Shown here: piece by piece, positions 48,153-58,009 of the stretch
Numbering within the stretch: the first letter of the stretch is position 1
Layout: every line of letters starts with the position of its first letter
Origin: a virus
Strand: one strand, 5' to 3'
DNA length: 64,000 nt
IMG/VR virus record: IMGVR_UViG_3300045988_108791
Coordinates: 12,935-76,934 of that record
Program-made: the position numbers and the translations under genes
Notes under the pieces: model-generated
Told to the model about the DNA's origin: nothing
The model's input: the letters and a program-made list of their open reading frames with translations, nothing else
The model's database searches: none

Positions 48153-48719
48153 CTATTTCAACCTGCCGTAGCTCATATCAGGATCACACCAGACATATCC
48201 GTCTTTCTCATCATGAAGATACTCAGGACATCCTCTGCATGCGCTACTTCCTGACACTATTTGATTGTTCTTATTAGGGCACTTATCTCCAGGCTTATGC
48301 CATTCTATTCTCGAACCTGATCGCTCTTTGTTCACATGACAGAACTGAAAGACTTTTCCCATCGTCTTCTCGCCGAACATACCTATATGTGTGTACTCTT
48401 CCGGTATAGCGAGAAATTCAGATAAATCCTTATACATCCTTTCCCGTTCCTCCGGCGTAGACCATAGTCTGTCAAGTTCGGCATGGACTCTTATCTTAAG
48501 AGACCTTAGTGATGGCCCCGCAAGCCGGCCTTTAGCTTTTCCCTTATTCGGCCCTGATTCATGAACACCGACATAAGCATTGCATGGTTTACACATCATA
48601 ACCATCCCTAAGCCTTTTCTGCTATATATTTTATCGGCATTGACCAACTCGGTTTCTCTTCCACAATAAGGACAAATTTCGCCTCTTAAAACCCGTTGTT
48701 GGCGCTCATTAAGTTCCAT
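48153..48719 (-). CDS. zinc-ribbon protein (188 aa)
   Basis: CPYCG...CKPCN N-terminal ribbon; C-terminal CRGCPEY...C. Confidence 0.55.
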   Translation of the reverse strand: MELNERQQRVLRGEICPYCGRETELVNADKIYSRKGLGMVMMCKPCNAYVGVHESGPNKGKAKGRLAGPSLRSLKIRVHAELDRLWSTPEERERMYKDLSEFLAIPEEYTHIGMFGEKTMGKVFQFCHVNKERSGSRIEWHKPGDKCPNKNNQIVSGSSACRGCPEYLHDEKDGYVWCDPDMSYGRLK

Positions 48720-48964
48720 ACCCTATTCTTTTGTTTTTCTTTAAACTTTTCATACAAACTGTTTTCAGTTTCCATTTCCGAGATCTCTACCTCTACGTCC
48801 TCTCTTTTGAAAATTACTTTCTTGGCTGTCGGATACGCGCATTTAGAGATACGAATAGCATTACGAATAGCGTAAACAAAATACGTTTCTGGTGACGATT
48901 CGATCACCACTACCTCATTTAAAGTATTTTTATAATTTTCCATGTTGTTATCTACTTGCTTCAA
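48686..48964 (-). CDS. hypothetical protein (92 aa)
   Basis: ORF. Confidence 0.45.
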   Translation of the reverse strand: MKQVDNNMENYKNTLNEVVVIESSPETYFVYAIRNAIRISKCAYPTAKKVIFKREDVEVEISEMETENSLYEKFKEKQKNRVWNLMSANNGF

Positions 48965-49301
48965 TTATATAACCCGGATGATCTTCACACGCCTCTTTGT
49001 ATTTGATAAGAAACTTAAGAAATGAATCATAAGACCCCCATCCATTTTCTGGCTCGTATTTCAAAAGACTTTTTCTCTTGGAGATCATAATACATATACC
49101 TTTTGTAAGTACATTCTTCATCTCATTGGTATCTATTTCCCTACCCAATTCTTCTGGTCTCCAAACATAATCGTACAGCGTTTCTTTATTTTCTGATACG
49201 AATATTCTTTGTGCCATCTTGTTCATGTTGTGGGTGATGTTTGCAACCCATTCACGATCCTCTTCTTTCTTCTTGTTCTTAATATAAACATCCAGGCTCA
49301 T
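48948..49301 (-). CDS. hypothetical protein (117 aa)
   Basis: ORF. Confidence 0.5.
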   Translation of the reverse strand: MSLDVYIKNKKKEEDREWVANITHNMNKMAQRIFVSENKETLYDYVWRPEELGREIDTNEMKNVLTKGICIMISKRKSLLKYEPENGWGSYDSFLKFLIKYKEACEDHPGYIIEASR

Positions 49302-50292
49302 GATATTTCTCTTTTACCTTGTTATTAATTATCAAATCTGCCACATCATCTCCGTCTCCTACATTTTCAACATTTTGAAGATAGTCCGATACTTTTATCC
49401 TTGACTTCATCATCATCCCATCTATCTTTTTACTCCATGTCTCAAATGCTTGTCCTTTGTCCGGAAAAGCTACAGTCTTTCTATCTTTTAAGACATCTAT
49501 CACTTCCGGCCTTAGATTCTGCAACCCACCGGTAGCTACAAATAACTCATCTGGTTTATTCACAGCGCATATAATAGCCGTCTTTTCTGATTCCACCAGA
49601 TTAACCACCTTATCCGGATACTGGCTTAGAAGATGCTCTCCGAACAGGCATTGTCTAAACAAGAAGTCTCTTGCATGCAACGAGTGATAAAACATAACAT
49701 GAGGCCGCTCATTGTCACCGTCTTTTTCCTTCACTCTTTTTACATCAATCTCATTCCCCTGGCTGTCGGTCTTTATATAAAAGTCCATGATTTTGCCAGT
49801 TCTACATACAAAATCCTTATCTATCTGCCAGAATATACAACACCCTTTCCATCCCCATAAGTCCATTGTTCCGACATGATATCTTCTAAACACGTCAGAT
49901 ACCCTTTCTTTTCCCCATAGAGACGATAAAAACCTAAACACAGTATTTCTATCATCTGGAACCACAGTCCTCTCAAACTCGCTAAAAGGTATGTAATTTA
50001 CAACATCAGGATTTACAGGAGGGCGATAAGCTCTTATACACTTATTCCCAGAAATCCAAAGATCTTTGTCGCCCACATCCTTACCAGTAGGTCGTTTATC
50101 GTAACCGCAAGTCCGTTCATGATCGCATCTTCCGAACTCGTTGCCAACAACCTGACCTGTTGCCACATCAATATAAGGAGTGAGGCACCGGCTTTTCCCG
50201 CAAGCCGGGCAGGTCAGCTTTAGTCGGCTCCTGCCAGGCCTGCGGTCAAGTTGAAACCGGGGTACGTTTTCGTATCTTCTAAAATCAAGCAT
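49279..50292 (-). CDS. DNA primase-like protein (zinc ribbon + TOPRIM-like core)
   Basis: N-terminal CPACGKSRC...CDHERTCGY Zn-binding module. Central VVNLVESEKTAIICAV (TOPRIM Glu) and TVAFPDKGQAF (degenerate DxD region). Adjacent to the DnaB-like helicase. Confidence 0.5.
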   Translation of the reverse strand: MLDFRRYENVPRFQLDRRPGRSRLKLTCPACGKSRCLTPYIDVATGQVVGNEFGRCDHERTCGYDKRPTGKDVGDKDLWISGNKCIRAYRPPVNPDVVNYIPFSEFERTVVPDDRNTVFRFLSSLWGKERVSDVFRRYHVGTMDLWGWKGCCIFWQIDKDFVCRTGKIMDFYIKTDSQGNEIDVKRVKEKDGDNERPHVMFYHSLHARDFLFRQCLFGEHLLSQYPDKVVNLVESEKTAIICAVNKPDELFVATGGLQNLRPEVIDVLKDRKTVAFPDKGQAFETWSKKIDGMMMKSRIKVSDYLQNVENVGDGDDVADLIINNKVKEKYHEPGCLY

Positions 50293-50301
50293 AATGCTTA
50301 T

Positions 50302-51618
50302 TTATATTACAAATCTTTTAGACATTTCCTCAGCAATATCATATACGACAATATGATCCTCTTCATTGTAAGGCTTATTGATATTCAGCACTCCTTTTCT
50401 CACTTTGAACTTCTTATCTTTTCTAAGGTGATTCAACATACCTTGTTGGAACACGCAGTCCGCCTTTTCAAGTGCTATACTGTCTTCTGTCCATTCTTTC
50501 AACGTATATCCTTTGCTGCTCGTGCTTTTTGGAGAAAAGTTCATAATACGTGCATCAATCCCATACCATGCTTTAACCATTCTTCTTTCAGCTTCTAATT
50601 GAAATGCGTATGATTCCCATATTCCCCCTGATTTAAAGTCGAGAATAACCACTTCTTCCTTCTCCACGTCTCTTACCTCCTTCTTCGGATCACCTTTTTT
50701 GAACTGCCCTGTGGCCCTTTGATACACGGCTCCAAAATAACCTTCTTCTTTGTATTTGAATGTCATTTTAACCATCGCATCTATCGGCGTAGCTACCAAA
50801 TAGTCCTCTAATGACAATATTCTTTCAATCATCATCGGCTTAACCTTATACTCCGAACAAAATTTGGCAAACTTCATAACTCTGACAATCATATCGTCAA
50901 GATCATCTATGCTGTTAAAGAATCGGTCAAGATTTTTCTTCGATATCTTCAGCTTACCTTCTTGTACGGTCTTAACTATAAAACTTCGATTTAAGACCAT
51001 ATCTCTACCTGTTAGGTACAATCCGTATAGGTAGTGCATGATCGTTCCCTTATCGGCTTCATACTGCGCTATCTCTTCTGGATTGCGACCAAGCATCTTT
51101 ATCTCTTGCTTCCATTCCTGAAGTGCTGTCTTATCATCTACATATCCGTCTTTGATTAAGGTTGTTACCGAAGCATATATCTTGGCTGTCCCATCATCCA
51201 TCTTCCTTACATAAAAACGATTGTCGTCTAATGTCAATCTTACGAATTTGGGAGTCTCAATCTTCTTTAACTCATCACAGATATAAAACGGTTCTAACGT
51301 TTCCTGATTTTCTGTAAACGGATTCGAATCCTCTTCTCCAGGGTTAGGAGCGGCTTCCTCCGCCGGAGCTTCCGGTTCCTCCTTCTGGGCCTGCTCTGTC
51401 TCAGGCGCCGGCTCTTCAACTACTGGAACCTGTCCGCCTCTTTCTGCTATGTCTCTGTTCTTTATTAAAGACATAACCTCCTTCTTCAACTGCTCTGGTG
51501 TTTGGTTAGGATCTGACACCGACATCACAACATCGTTCATTCTAAACAACGTATTTCCTTCTCCTTCCACCATAGGGACAAACCCTAAATCTGTCAATAT
51601 TTTTATTTTCTCTTTCAT
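50302..51618 (-). CDS. second RecB/YqaJ-family PD-(D/E)XK nuclease (438 aa) with acidic Pro/Glu-rich linker
   Basis: YASVTTLIKDG, HYLYGLYL, LVATPIDAMV and VVILDFKSGG (hhD[FY]K[ST]G) appear in the order expected for RecB-type nuclease motifs. Confidence 0.5.
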   Translation of the reverse strand: MKEKIKILTDLGFVPMVEGEGNTLFRMNDVVMSVSDPNQTPEQLKKEVMSLIKNRDIAERGGQVPVVEEPAPETEQAQKEEPEAPAEEAAPNPGEEDSNPFTENQETLEPFYICDELKKIETPKFVRLTLDDNRFYVRKMDDGTAKIYASVTTLIKDGYVDDKTALQEWKQEIKMLGRNPEEIAQYEADKGTIMHYLYGLYLTGRDMVLNRSFIVKTVQEGKLKISKKNLDRFFNSIDDLDDMIVRVMKFAKFCSEYKVKPMMIERILSLEDYLVATPIDAMVKMTFKYKEEGYFGAVYQRATGQFKKGDPKKEVRDVEKEEVVILDFKSGGIWESYAFQLEAERRMVKAWYGIDARIMNFSPKSTSSKGYTLKEWTEDSIALEKADCVFQQGMLNHLRKDKKFKVRKGVLNINKPYNEEDHIVVYDIAEEMSKRFVI

Positions 51619-51800
51619 GATCTTCCTCTAATCAATTCTTCTTTAATACAATGTAACACTGTTTCCACTTCATCTTTATCTCTATCTTTCACTGCGATAG
51701 CTATATCCTTGCCATAACTCTCTCTTTTTATGTGCGCATAAAAGATAGTTTCATCGTCAGCTTCTATTCTTATTTTATAAAGTTTTCTCATATCTATCAA
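51615..51800 (-). CDS. small hypothetical protein (61 aa)
   Basis: ORF that overlaps the nuclease gene by 4 nt. Confidence 0.45.
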   Translation of the reverse strand: MIDMRKLYKIRIEADDETIFYAHIKRESYGKDIAIAVKDRDKDEVETVLHCIKEELIRGRS

Positions 51801-52299
51801 TTATTTCAATAATTAATCTACCTCTTTCTTTAATCATTCCCCGGCTTTCCATATCCAGTACCTTCTTTACCGCATACTTCCACACAAAAGGAAATTCTGT
51901 TTCAAGTTTATCAAATTCCATCCGGTCAAGATACATGTCGAATACCGTATGCTCTGATTCATGAAGGAAAACTATATTATCCCTGCAAGTGGCAACCGAC
52001 TTATATAACCTTTTCGGAAGTATGTGACAGACGTTACATACTGTAGGAAAATGAATAGCTTTACCAGTCATAGACATTCGAATAGTACTCAACTCCTCCA
52101 ACATAAGACGAAAAAACCCGGATAAATCCGGGTTCTCTAACTTTTTCTTCTTGCTACTGTTTTTAATGGATGTAATTCTGTCTTTTTTCTTCGGAGTCAA
52201 CTCTTTGCTCCTGCAAGCCTGGCATAAGCCATGACTTCTTATCATTACTTTTCGTCCGCATTTTTCGCAGACGTATAGCTTCTTCTCCTTGCTTTCCAT
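51775..52299 (-). CDS. zinc-finger protein (174 aa)
   Basis: CEKCGRK...CQAC ribbon plus a His/Cys-containing C-terminal region. Confidence 0.5.
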   Translation of the reverse strand: MESKEKKLYVCEKCGRKVMIRSHGLCQACRSKELTPKKKDRITSIKNSSKKKKLENPDLSGFFRLMLEELSTIRMSMTGKAIHFPTVCNVCHILPKRLYKSVATCRDNIVFLHESEHTVFDMYLDRMEFDKLETEFPFVWKYAVKKVLDMESRGMIKERGRLIIEIIDRYEKTL

Positions 52300-52484
52300 T
52301 CGAATAATAATGATATTATTGAAAAGAACAATCCCACTGAAGCCAGTAGATAAGGTGCGCTCATTAACAATTTAGACACCTCGTCTGTCTTAATCACTAT
52401 CAGAAGGAAAGCGCCTGCTGAAAGCAATGATATTATCGCCACAACAAGCGCTATGTTGGAAACTACATCAGCCTTACTCTTCAC
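52245..52484 (-). CDS. small membrane protein (79 aa, two TM helices)
   Basis: Hydrophobic ORF. Confidence 0.45.
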   Translation of the reverse strand: MKSKADVVSNIALVVAIISLLSAGAFLLIVIKTDEVSKLLMSAPYLLASVGLFFSIISLLFEWKARRRSYTSAKNADEK

Positions 52485-52944
52485 TCTTCTTCTCGCCTAA
52501 TTTTTCAGCTCCCTTCTGAAGATCATATTTGAATACTTCAATGATTTTCGTTTCTGCAATAGATTCACAATTCCAGTCGCCCAACGTGCCCTGCATGCCT
52601 TTAGTCAACACGGCTTCGGCATCTTTAGGATTGCCGGCCTGGACATACATATAGCATGGTGTTTTCTTTTCTTTGCCTTTCTTTTCATCCAGTGTAATGT
52701 AATTCACCTTACACTTATACCAGTACTCAGCTTCTCCGTTGAAGAAGATTTCAGACACTTTAATAGGATTTATTTTTACAACCTCGAAAGAATTGTACAA
52801 ATCCTTGAAAATTTCCAAAGATCTTGATTCTGCCTCTGTGTAAGACAAGGCATCTACCAAATACTTTTCAGTTACTTTCTTTTTTTTGCCGTTCTCGATA
52901 TTATCAATCTCGGCTTTTACCGTAATTTCAAACCAGCGATTCAT
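52474..52944 (-). CDS. hypothetical protein (156 aa)
   Basis: ORF. MNRWFEITVKAEI... resembles small Bacteroidota-associated DUF proteins. Confidence 0.5.
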   Translation of the reverse strand: MNRWFEITVKAEIDNIENGKKKKVTEKYLVDALSYTEAESRSLEIFKDLYNSFEVVKINPIKVSEIFFNGEAEYWYKCKVNYITLDEKKGKEKKTPCYMYVQAGNPKDAEAVLTKGMQGTLGDWNCESIAETKIIEVFKYDLQKGAEKLGEKKSEE

Positions 52945-52955
52945 TGTATTAATAT

Positions 52956-53216
52956 TTAATTAGTTGATTTCTTTCCTTTTTCTATTTCTGTTTGAAGCCT
53001 GGCTGAGCACCATTGTAGTACATCCATCATCATCATATTATTATTTGATAATACACCTTTTATAACTAAAGCCAGTTGACGAGGAGACATACGCTGACTC
53101 ATATCAAACCTACATTCTTCTTCGTTTACTATCGTGGCCACAAAATATTTGCAATCTTCTAAATGTATCAGGGCTTCAGTCATAGCCTCTTTAATCTTTT
53201 CTTCTTCCTCTTTCAT
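52956..53216 (-). CDS. hypothetical protein (86 aa)
   Basis: ORF. Confidence 0.5.
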   Translation of the reverse strand: MKEEEEKIKEAMTEALIHLEDCKYFVATIVNEEECRFDMSQRMSPRQLALVIKGVLSNNNMMMMDVLQWCSARLQTEIEKGKKSTN

Positions 53217-53284
53217 GTTTCTTATTTTTCGGACAAAGATATGTCTTTTGTTGCTTAATAAGAAACAAAATGATTTAATATAAA

Positions 53285-53953
53285 TTAATTTTCTTCTGGG
53301 TTAACATCGATAGACATATTGTATCTTTTCCTGATAAAGACTTCTGTTTCTTCATTAAACGGGCAGGCTTCTTTCAAGAAAGCCATAGCCCGCTCCGCAT
53401 CTTTATCTGCTATCTCAATATATCTCTCGAAAGTCATGCAAAGGTCGATGTTGTACGCACGCTCCTGTTTTATCTTGTCCACGTATTTCAACACTCGGCT
53501 TCTTATGTTGTTGGCTTCCTCTACTGTCTTATTAAATGATCCTATTTTTGCTGATTCAGGATCATTGTTTTCTTTGTTAACTCTTTCAAATTCTTCATTG
53601 GTGTATCCTACGCAACCCTCTACTGCCGGCACGACGCCCTCGTTTATGACGTTTAACCTCTCATAAGATCGGTTTAAATACTTTGAACCCACCTTAAAAG
53701 CCCTGGACCTGACCAGTAAATTCACCACCTCTGTAGCGTCCTCTATCTTTCTAAATCCTACACCTATGTCTTTAATAACAAATATCGGAACCCCGCAATC
53801 CGGGTACACAACTTCCTTTTCGTTCTTTATATTCCAATTTTTAGCTTCAATTGGAATACCCTTACCAGCAAGCTCTTTGTCTATATACAGACTTATCTCT
53901 TCGTCTGTCAATGCCACAATCTCATCTCTGCTTAAATCAAAAACTGTTTTCAT
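53285..53953 (-). CDS. hypothetical protein (222 aa)
   Basis: ORF. Confidence 0.55.
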   Translation of the reverse strand: MKTVFDLSRDEIVALTDEEISLYIDKELAGKGIPIEAKNWNIKNEKEVVYPDCGVPIFVIKDIGVGFRKIEDATEVVNLLVRSRAFKVGSKYLNRSYERLNVINEGVVPAVEGCVGYTNEEFERVNKENNDPESAKIGSFNKTVEEANNIRSRVLKYVDKIKQERAYNIDLCMTFERYIEIADKDAERAMAFLKEACPFNEETEVFIRKRYNMSIDVNPEEN

Positions 53954-54152
53954 TTCTTTTATTCATTAAATTAAACAATCTACCTCTTTGTTCAGGCTCC
54001 GTATATTCCACCCATATATCGGCTGCCACATTTCTCAGAAATTCCATAAAGTCTTGATGATCTCTATATTCAGTAGAATCTATTTTCTTTATAAAACTTA
54101 GGATTTCCTTTAGCATTTTATTGTTTTCTTCAAGAAGCTCTCTGTCGGTCAT
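53937..54152 (-). CDS. hypothetical protein (71 aa)
   Basis: ORF. Confidence 0.45.
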   Translation of the reverse strand: MTDRELLEENNKMLKEILSFIKKIDSTEYRDHQDFMEFLRNVAADIWVEYTEPEQRGRLFNLMNKRNENSF

Positions 54153-54173
54153 GATCTCGTGAAAATATATTAT

Positions 54174-54428
54174 TCAACATGTAATAGGCAGTAAATTTTC
54201 GATGTAGGCCCATCTTACGATATGGAAAATTCTAACAGCTATTTTCCAATTAGAGTTATTTGGCCCACAGACAATAGGAGTTTCATCTTGTTTAATAGCA
54301 ATCAACATTCCACTGTGTTGTGGTGTTTCGCTTGCATCATGCCACGCGCTGCTGATGCTCCATTCTGCACCTGCCATGAAGTCTTCATAGCAATTATCCT
54401 TGCGTAAAACATAATCGTCTGCATCCAC
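54174..54428 (-). CDS. hypothetical protein (84 aa)
   Basis: ORF. Confidence 0.45.
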   Translation of the reverse strand: MDADDYVLRKDNCYEDFMAGAEWSISSAWHDASETPQHSGMLIAIKQDETPIVCGPNNSNWKIAVRIFHIVRWAYIENLLPITC

Positions 54429-54522
54429 TTCTTTGAGAACGTTTCGCCGAAAATGTGTTTTACCTATGGTATAATCTTTTGCTGCTTTTTCAATATCTTC
54501 TCGTTTTATTTCTTTTTAAATT

Positions 54523-54747
54523 TTACAGCATAGATTGAACATATTCCAAATATTCTTGAGCTTGTTCAGGGGATTCGAATTGAGATGTCTCTTCGTTATA
54601 TAAAGGAGCATAGTTGGCTTGTTTCAATAAATTGTCGTAAAACATATTGATGAATATTTTTAATAGATCGGCTGTATTATTCGCTGTTCCCATTGTTACT
54701 CCATGACATCCATCCCCCATATTTACATATTCGTTACTAAAAGACAT
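54523..54747 (-). CDS. hypothetical protein (74 aa)
   Basis: ORF. Confidence 0.45.
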   Translation of the reverse strand: MSFSNEYVNMGDGCHGVTMGTANNTADLLKIFINMFYDNLLKQANYAPLYNEETSQFESPEQAQEYLEYVQSML

Positions 54748-54806
54748 CCCACCTTTTATACCATATCGAATTTGAGCGATGTATATGCGTTCGAAATGTA
54801 CTTCAA

Positions 54807-54942
54807 ATCAAAGATTATGTTCTGATTTTTCATATTCTTTGATTGATAAGCAGAATATGCCAAAAACAAATTTCAACTCTTCTTTTGTAATTCCTGCCGG
54901 ATTTTTTGTCAATATTTCTTTAACTTGTTCTTTCGTTATCAT
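54807..54942 (-). CDS. possible unannotated small protein (~44 aa)
   Basis: MITKEQVKEILTKNPAGITKEELKFVFGIFCLSIKEYEKSEHNL, in an otherwise ORF-free 217-bp gap. Too short for the ORF track. Confidence 0.25.
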
Positions 54943-54964
54943 GATTCGCTATTTTTTTATATTA

Positions 54965-55225
54965 TTACCAATCTCCGCCATCATTTGGAATATTTATAGT
55001 ATCTATAGAATTGTTGTAATTACTGCCACCAAATTTTTCAAATTCCGGTTCAGGATTATCTTCTGTATCTCCATGCATCATTACATGTAGCGTTCCACTT
55101 GCACTATAAAGCCAAAGACGCTTACCATACTTTTCCCACTTTTTTGCAAGTCGTTTCAGAGAGTCAATCAACTTACATTCTTCTGGAGTACATTCTATTC
55201 CGGCTTCTGTTCTGTATTTGCTCAT
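54965..55225 (-). CDS. hypothetical protein (86 aa)
   Basis: ORF. Confidence 0.45.
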   Translation of the reverse strand: MSKYRTEAGIECTPEECKLIDSLKRLAKKWEKYGKRLWLYSASGTLHVMMHGDTEDNPEPEFEKFGGSNYNNSIDTINIPNDGGDW

Positions 55226-55236
55226 ATCTTTTTATG

Positions 55237-55452
55237 TTATTTTAAATCATCAATTTCACAACTCCAATTTATCGCATCTTTTTCTACGATGTTATCAGCG
55301 AGCCATTCAGCCGCAATGGAATCTTCAGGAACTTCCCACACTCCGTTATCGTAGTTTTCTATTAGATCATCATATACTTCTTCTGGAACTTCTATATCCT
55401 CTAATCCTACTGTGTAAGTAACCGTTACAGTCAAATTCTTTATAGCTTTCAT
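55237..55452 (-). CDS. acidic hypothetical protein (71 aa)
   Basis: ORF. Confidence 0.45.
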   Translation of the reverse strand: MKAIKNLTVTVTYTVGLEDIEVPEEVYDDLIENYDNGVWEVPEDSIAAEWLADNIVEKDAINWSCEIDDLK

Positions 55453-55476
55453 GACTCAATTATTTTTAGTTGTTAT

Positions 55477-55887
55477 TTAATCTTCTAAATTGCCTTTACC
55501 CTCTAATTTAGATAATGCTTGTTTAAATTCCTTTATTTCCTTTAAGGCACATTCCTTACAATAGGTGATAATATCAAAATCCTTTATTTCCTTTAAGGTA
55601 TATTCCTTACGATAGGTGATAATATCAAGTTGTGTATAATCCGTAAAAAATCTGTCTATCATGTTCTTATAATGAAACCGTACAGGTTCTTCACAATGAT
55701 TTAGTAAAATCACAAAATTGGAATTTCTCGGATGAAAACACAAGAATCTGTAATAATTCACTTCCCCTGCTATACATTCAATTAACTTTTCATCCATCTT
55801 CAATTTATTGATGTCTTCTATGTTTAATATCGGTTTCATATCTTTAGTTATTGGATAGAGATAAAAGCGATTCGTTTGACTCCGCAA
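55477..55887 (-). CDS. hypothetical protein with internal 17-aa tandem duplication
   Basis: ORF containing DIITYRKEYTLKEIKDF / DIITYCKECALKEIKEF, encoded by a 51-bp tandem DNA repeat. Confidence 0.5.
   Translation of the reverse strand: MRSQTNRFYLYPITKDMKPILNIEDINKLKMDEKLIECIAGEVNYYRFLCFHPRNSNFVILLNHCEEPVRFHYKNMIDRFFTDYTQLDIITYRKEYTLKEIKDFDIITYCKECALKEIKEFKQALSKLEGKGNLED
55530..55631. repeat. 51-bp tandem duplication (2 copies, ~90% identical), in-frame inside gene 55477..55887
   Basis: cctttatttcctttaaggcacattccttacaataggtgataatatcaaaat, followed by the near-identical cctttatttcctttaaggtatattccttacgataggtgataatatcaag. Confidence 0.8.
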
Positions 55888-56482
55888 TTGCTTTTATTTG
55901 TTCTGGATTGATAAAACTCTTAATTTGTTCACTTATCTTACAAATAGATTTGATCATATCAACGAATAATTTTGAGGTGCATTCGTTACATTCCACTTCC
56001 ATTACCGGTTTATGTCTATTGTATGATATGCATGTTACACAATTCAACCAGTGTGTATAAGTTCCTTTTTCTGCATTCAATCTATCGTATTCTACCTTTG
56101 TCTCTCCATTTTCATCGCCTCCTGTCCATTCCTTAGAGGGGTTAGGGACAATATTTCCGTTTTTGTCATAGGAAAACACGCAATTCGTTTCCAGTTGATA
56201 CTTAATAACAGGCACTTCTTCTACTATTTTATAACTCAAACATCTCTTCAGAACTTCCCTGATTTGACTTTCCAAATCAGAAAGTGCTATACTATTGAAA
56301 TATCCTTCGTTGCCTAATCTGTTTGTAGGTAATTTGATCCCATAAGAATGAATCTTATCCACATCTTCTTTTGACAAGGTAGTGGTAAACACCCCTTCTT
56401 TGGTGACATTCACTTTAGCAGTTACAGACAAACTGTTATTAGCGTTCTTTTCCGTTATATTTAGTGTTGTTAATGCTGCCAT
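55844..56482 (-). CDS. hypothetical protein (212 aa)
   Basis: ORF. Confidence 0.55.
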   Translation of the reverse strand: MAALTTLNITEKNANNSLSVTAKVNVTKEGVFTTTLSKEDVDKIHSYGIKLPTNRLGNEGYFNSIALSDLESQIREVLKRCLSYKIVEEVPVIKYQLETNCVFSYDKNGNIVPNPSKEWTGGDENGETKVEYDRLNAEKGTYTHWLNCVTCISYNRHKPVMEVECNECTSKLFVDMIKSICKISEQIKSFINPEQIKAIAESNESLLSLSNN

Positions 56483-56500
56483 AATCAGATCTTTTTAAAA

Positions 56501-56752
56501 TCAATTCGAATAAATATAATACATTCCTGCTTCATATACCTTATGTACATCAGGGTCATTCTTGTCTTCCGGTTCCAATTCACTCTCTTCACAAGTATAA
56601 TCCCATTCAGAGTTGTAGTACATATCCTCGTCTGTTTTCTCCAAGGAACAATCTTTCATTAGATTCATATTTTCTCCCCATACTGCAACTTCTTGTCGTT
56701 GCTCTTCTTCCGTCATAAGGGATATTTTGTCTTTTAATTCTTTCCAGGTCAT
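56501..56752 (-). CDS. acidic hypothetical protein (83 aa)
   Basis: ORF. Confidence 0.45.
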   Translation of the reverse strand: MTWKELKDKISLMTEEEQRQEVAVWGENMNLMKDCSLEKTDEDMYYNSEWDYTCEESELEPEDKNDPDVHKVYEAGMYYIYSN

Positions 56753-56776
56753 GATTTTTAAAAGATGATTAATAGT

Positions 56777-57160
56777 TTATTCTACATCAAAAAGCTGATC
56801 TAACACCAACAATTCCGCATTCATATCTTCATCTTTCGGGAAACGAACTTTTATATTTCCAAACTTAGATGTCTTAAACAAGATGTAGGGGTTCATATCT
56901 TCGGCAGTCACCGGCTTATATTCCTTAACTTCCGACATCTTGAGATACCAGTCACCTATTTTTACAAACCCAGAAAAGATAGAACACAGATGCGCTTTTA
57001 CAGACTGTATCTCCTTTTTATCTTTGAAAGGTATAATTTCGTCCTTTCCCCTTATCCTGATTGACAAGAAAGGACGAATGTTATCTGTTTCATTTTGAAA
57101 TTTGAAGCCTGTTATGGCTTGCTTGGGGATTCTTCTTCCCATTAATATAAAATAGCTCAT
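56777..57160 (-). CDS. hypothetical protein (127 aa)
   Basis: ORF immediately downstream of the ABC ATPase gene. Confidence 0.5.
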   Translation of the reverse strand: MSYFILMGRRIPKQAITGFKFQNETDNIRPFLSIRIRGKDEIIPFKDKKEIQSVKAHLCSIFSGFVKIGDWYLKMSEVKEYKPVTAEDMNPYILFKTSKFGNIKVRFPKDEDMNAELLVLDQLFDVE

Positions 57161-57200
57161 TGTGATAAGTTTATAAAAAAATGGTATATAATTACTTCAA

Positions 57201-57998
57201 TTAATTAGATGCAAATATGCTAATTTTGTTTAGATATCCTTCTGTCATCTCTATGAAATTCACACAATCTAATTTGCTTAACTTGTAAATCAATGCCGGA
57301 TTGTGTACTATGGCTATAATTTGCGTTTGTGGTTTATGGAATGACAATACATTATAAATTTGCATTATATTGTCAATGTCAAGATTTCTGTCTGGCTCAT
57401 CCATGAGAACCGTGTATTCAAAACTGCTTTCTGTTAATGTTATGCGGTTTCTTCCATAATACTTCAACAGGTTATCAATTCTTTTAATCCAAAACGCATT
57501 TGATTTTTTCTTGTATTCTACAAGATCTTGTATTGGAAATGTATAATCCTTTTGACCGAACATTAAATTGAAGAGTGATTCCAATGATAACACCACTTTC
57601 TCTCCATAAGATCTTCGAATATTATTCACATACAAATCGAAATTGCTGATGTTTTTCAATACGCTATCTCGATTCATCTCCGCCGATGGCAATAAACGGA
57701 ATACTTTCCCTGCATAATCAGATGATATGTCAATCCCATCAAGAACCTTGTCATCATCATCAAATATAGGTGGAAAATCCAGCGCCTCAGCCGGCATTTC
57801 AGAGCACATGGACTTCTCGCATAACGCATACATTGATATGATGTTAAGCAAAGTTGTTTTTCCACTACCGTTTTTACCTATAATTACATTCACTCCTGGC
57901 TTGAAAATAAATTCTTTACCATTTTCAAACGCTTCTATGTCCGAAGCATATTCAAATGGAGTTTTTGTATTGTCTTTTATTTTTACTGATGTTATCAT
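57201..57998 (-). CDS. standalone minimal ABC-type ATPase (265 aa)
   Basis: Walker A GKNGSGKTTLLNII. Signature-like RRSYGEKVVLSL. Walker B/D-loop TVLMDEPDRNLD. H-loop IIAIVHN. There is no transmembrane or coiled-coil insert. Confidence 0.7.
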   Translation of the reverse strand: MITSVKIKDNTKTPFEYASDIEAFENGKEFIFKPGVNVIIGKNGSGKTTLLNIISMYALCEKSMCSEMPAEALDFPPIFDDDDKVLDGIDISSDYAGKVFRLLPSAEMNRDSVLKNISNFDLYVNNIRRSYGEKVVLSLESLFNLMFGQKDYTFPIQDLVEYKKKSNAFWIKRIDNLLKYYGRNRITLTESSFEYTVLMDEPDRNLDIDNIMQIYNVLSFHKPQTQIIAIVHNPALIYKLSKLDCVNFIEMTEGYLNKISIFASN

Positions 57999-58009
57999 TG
58001 TAATCCTTT

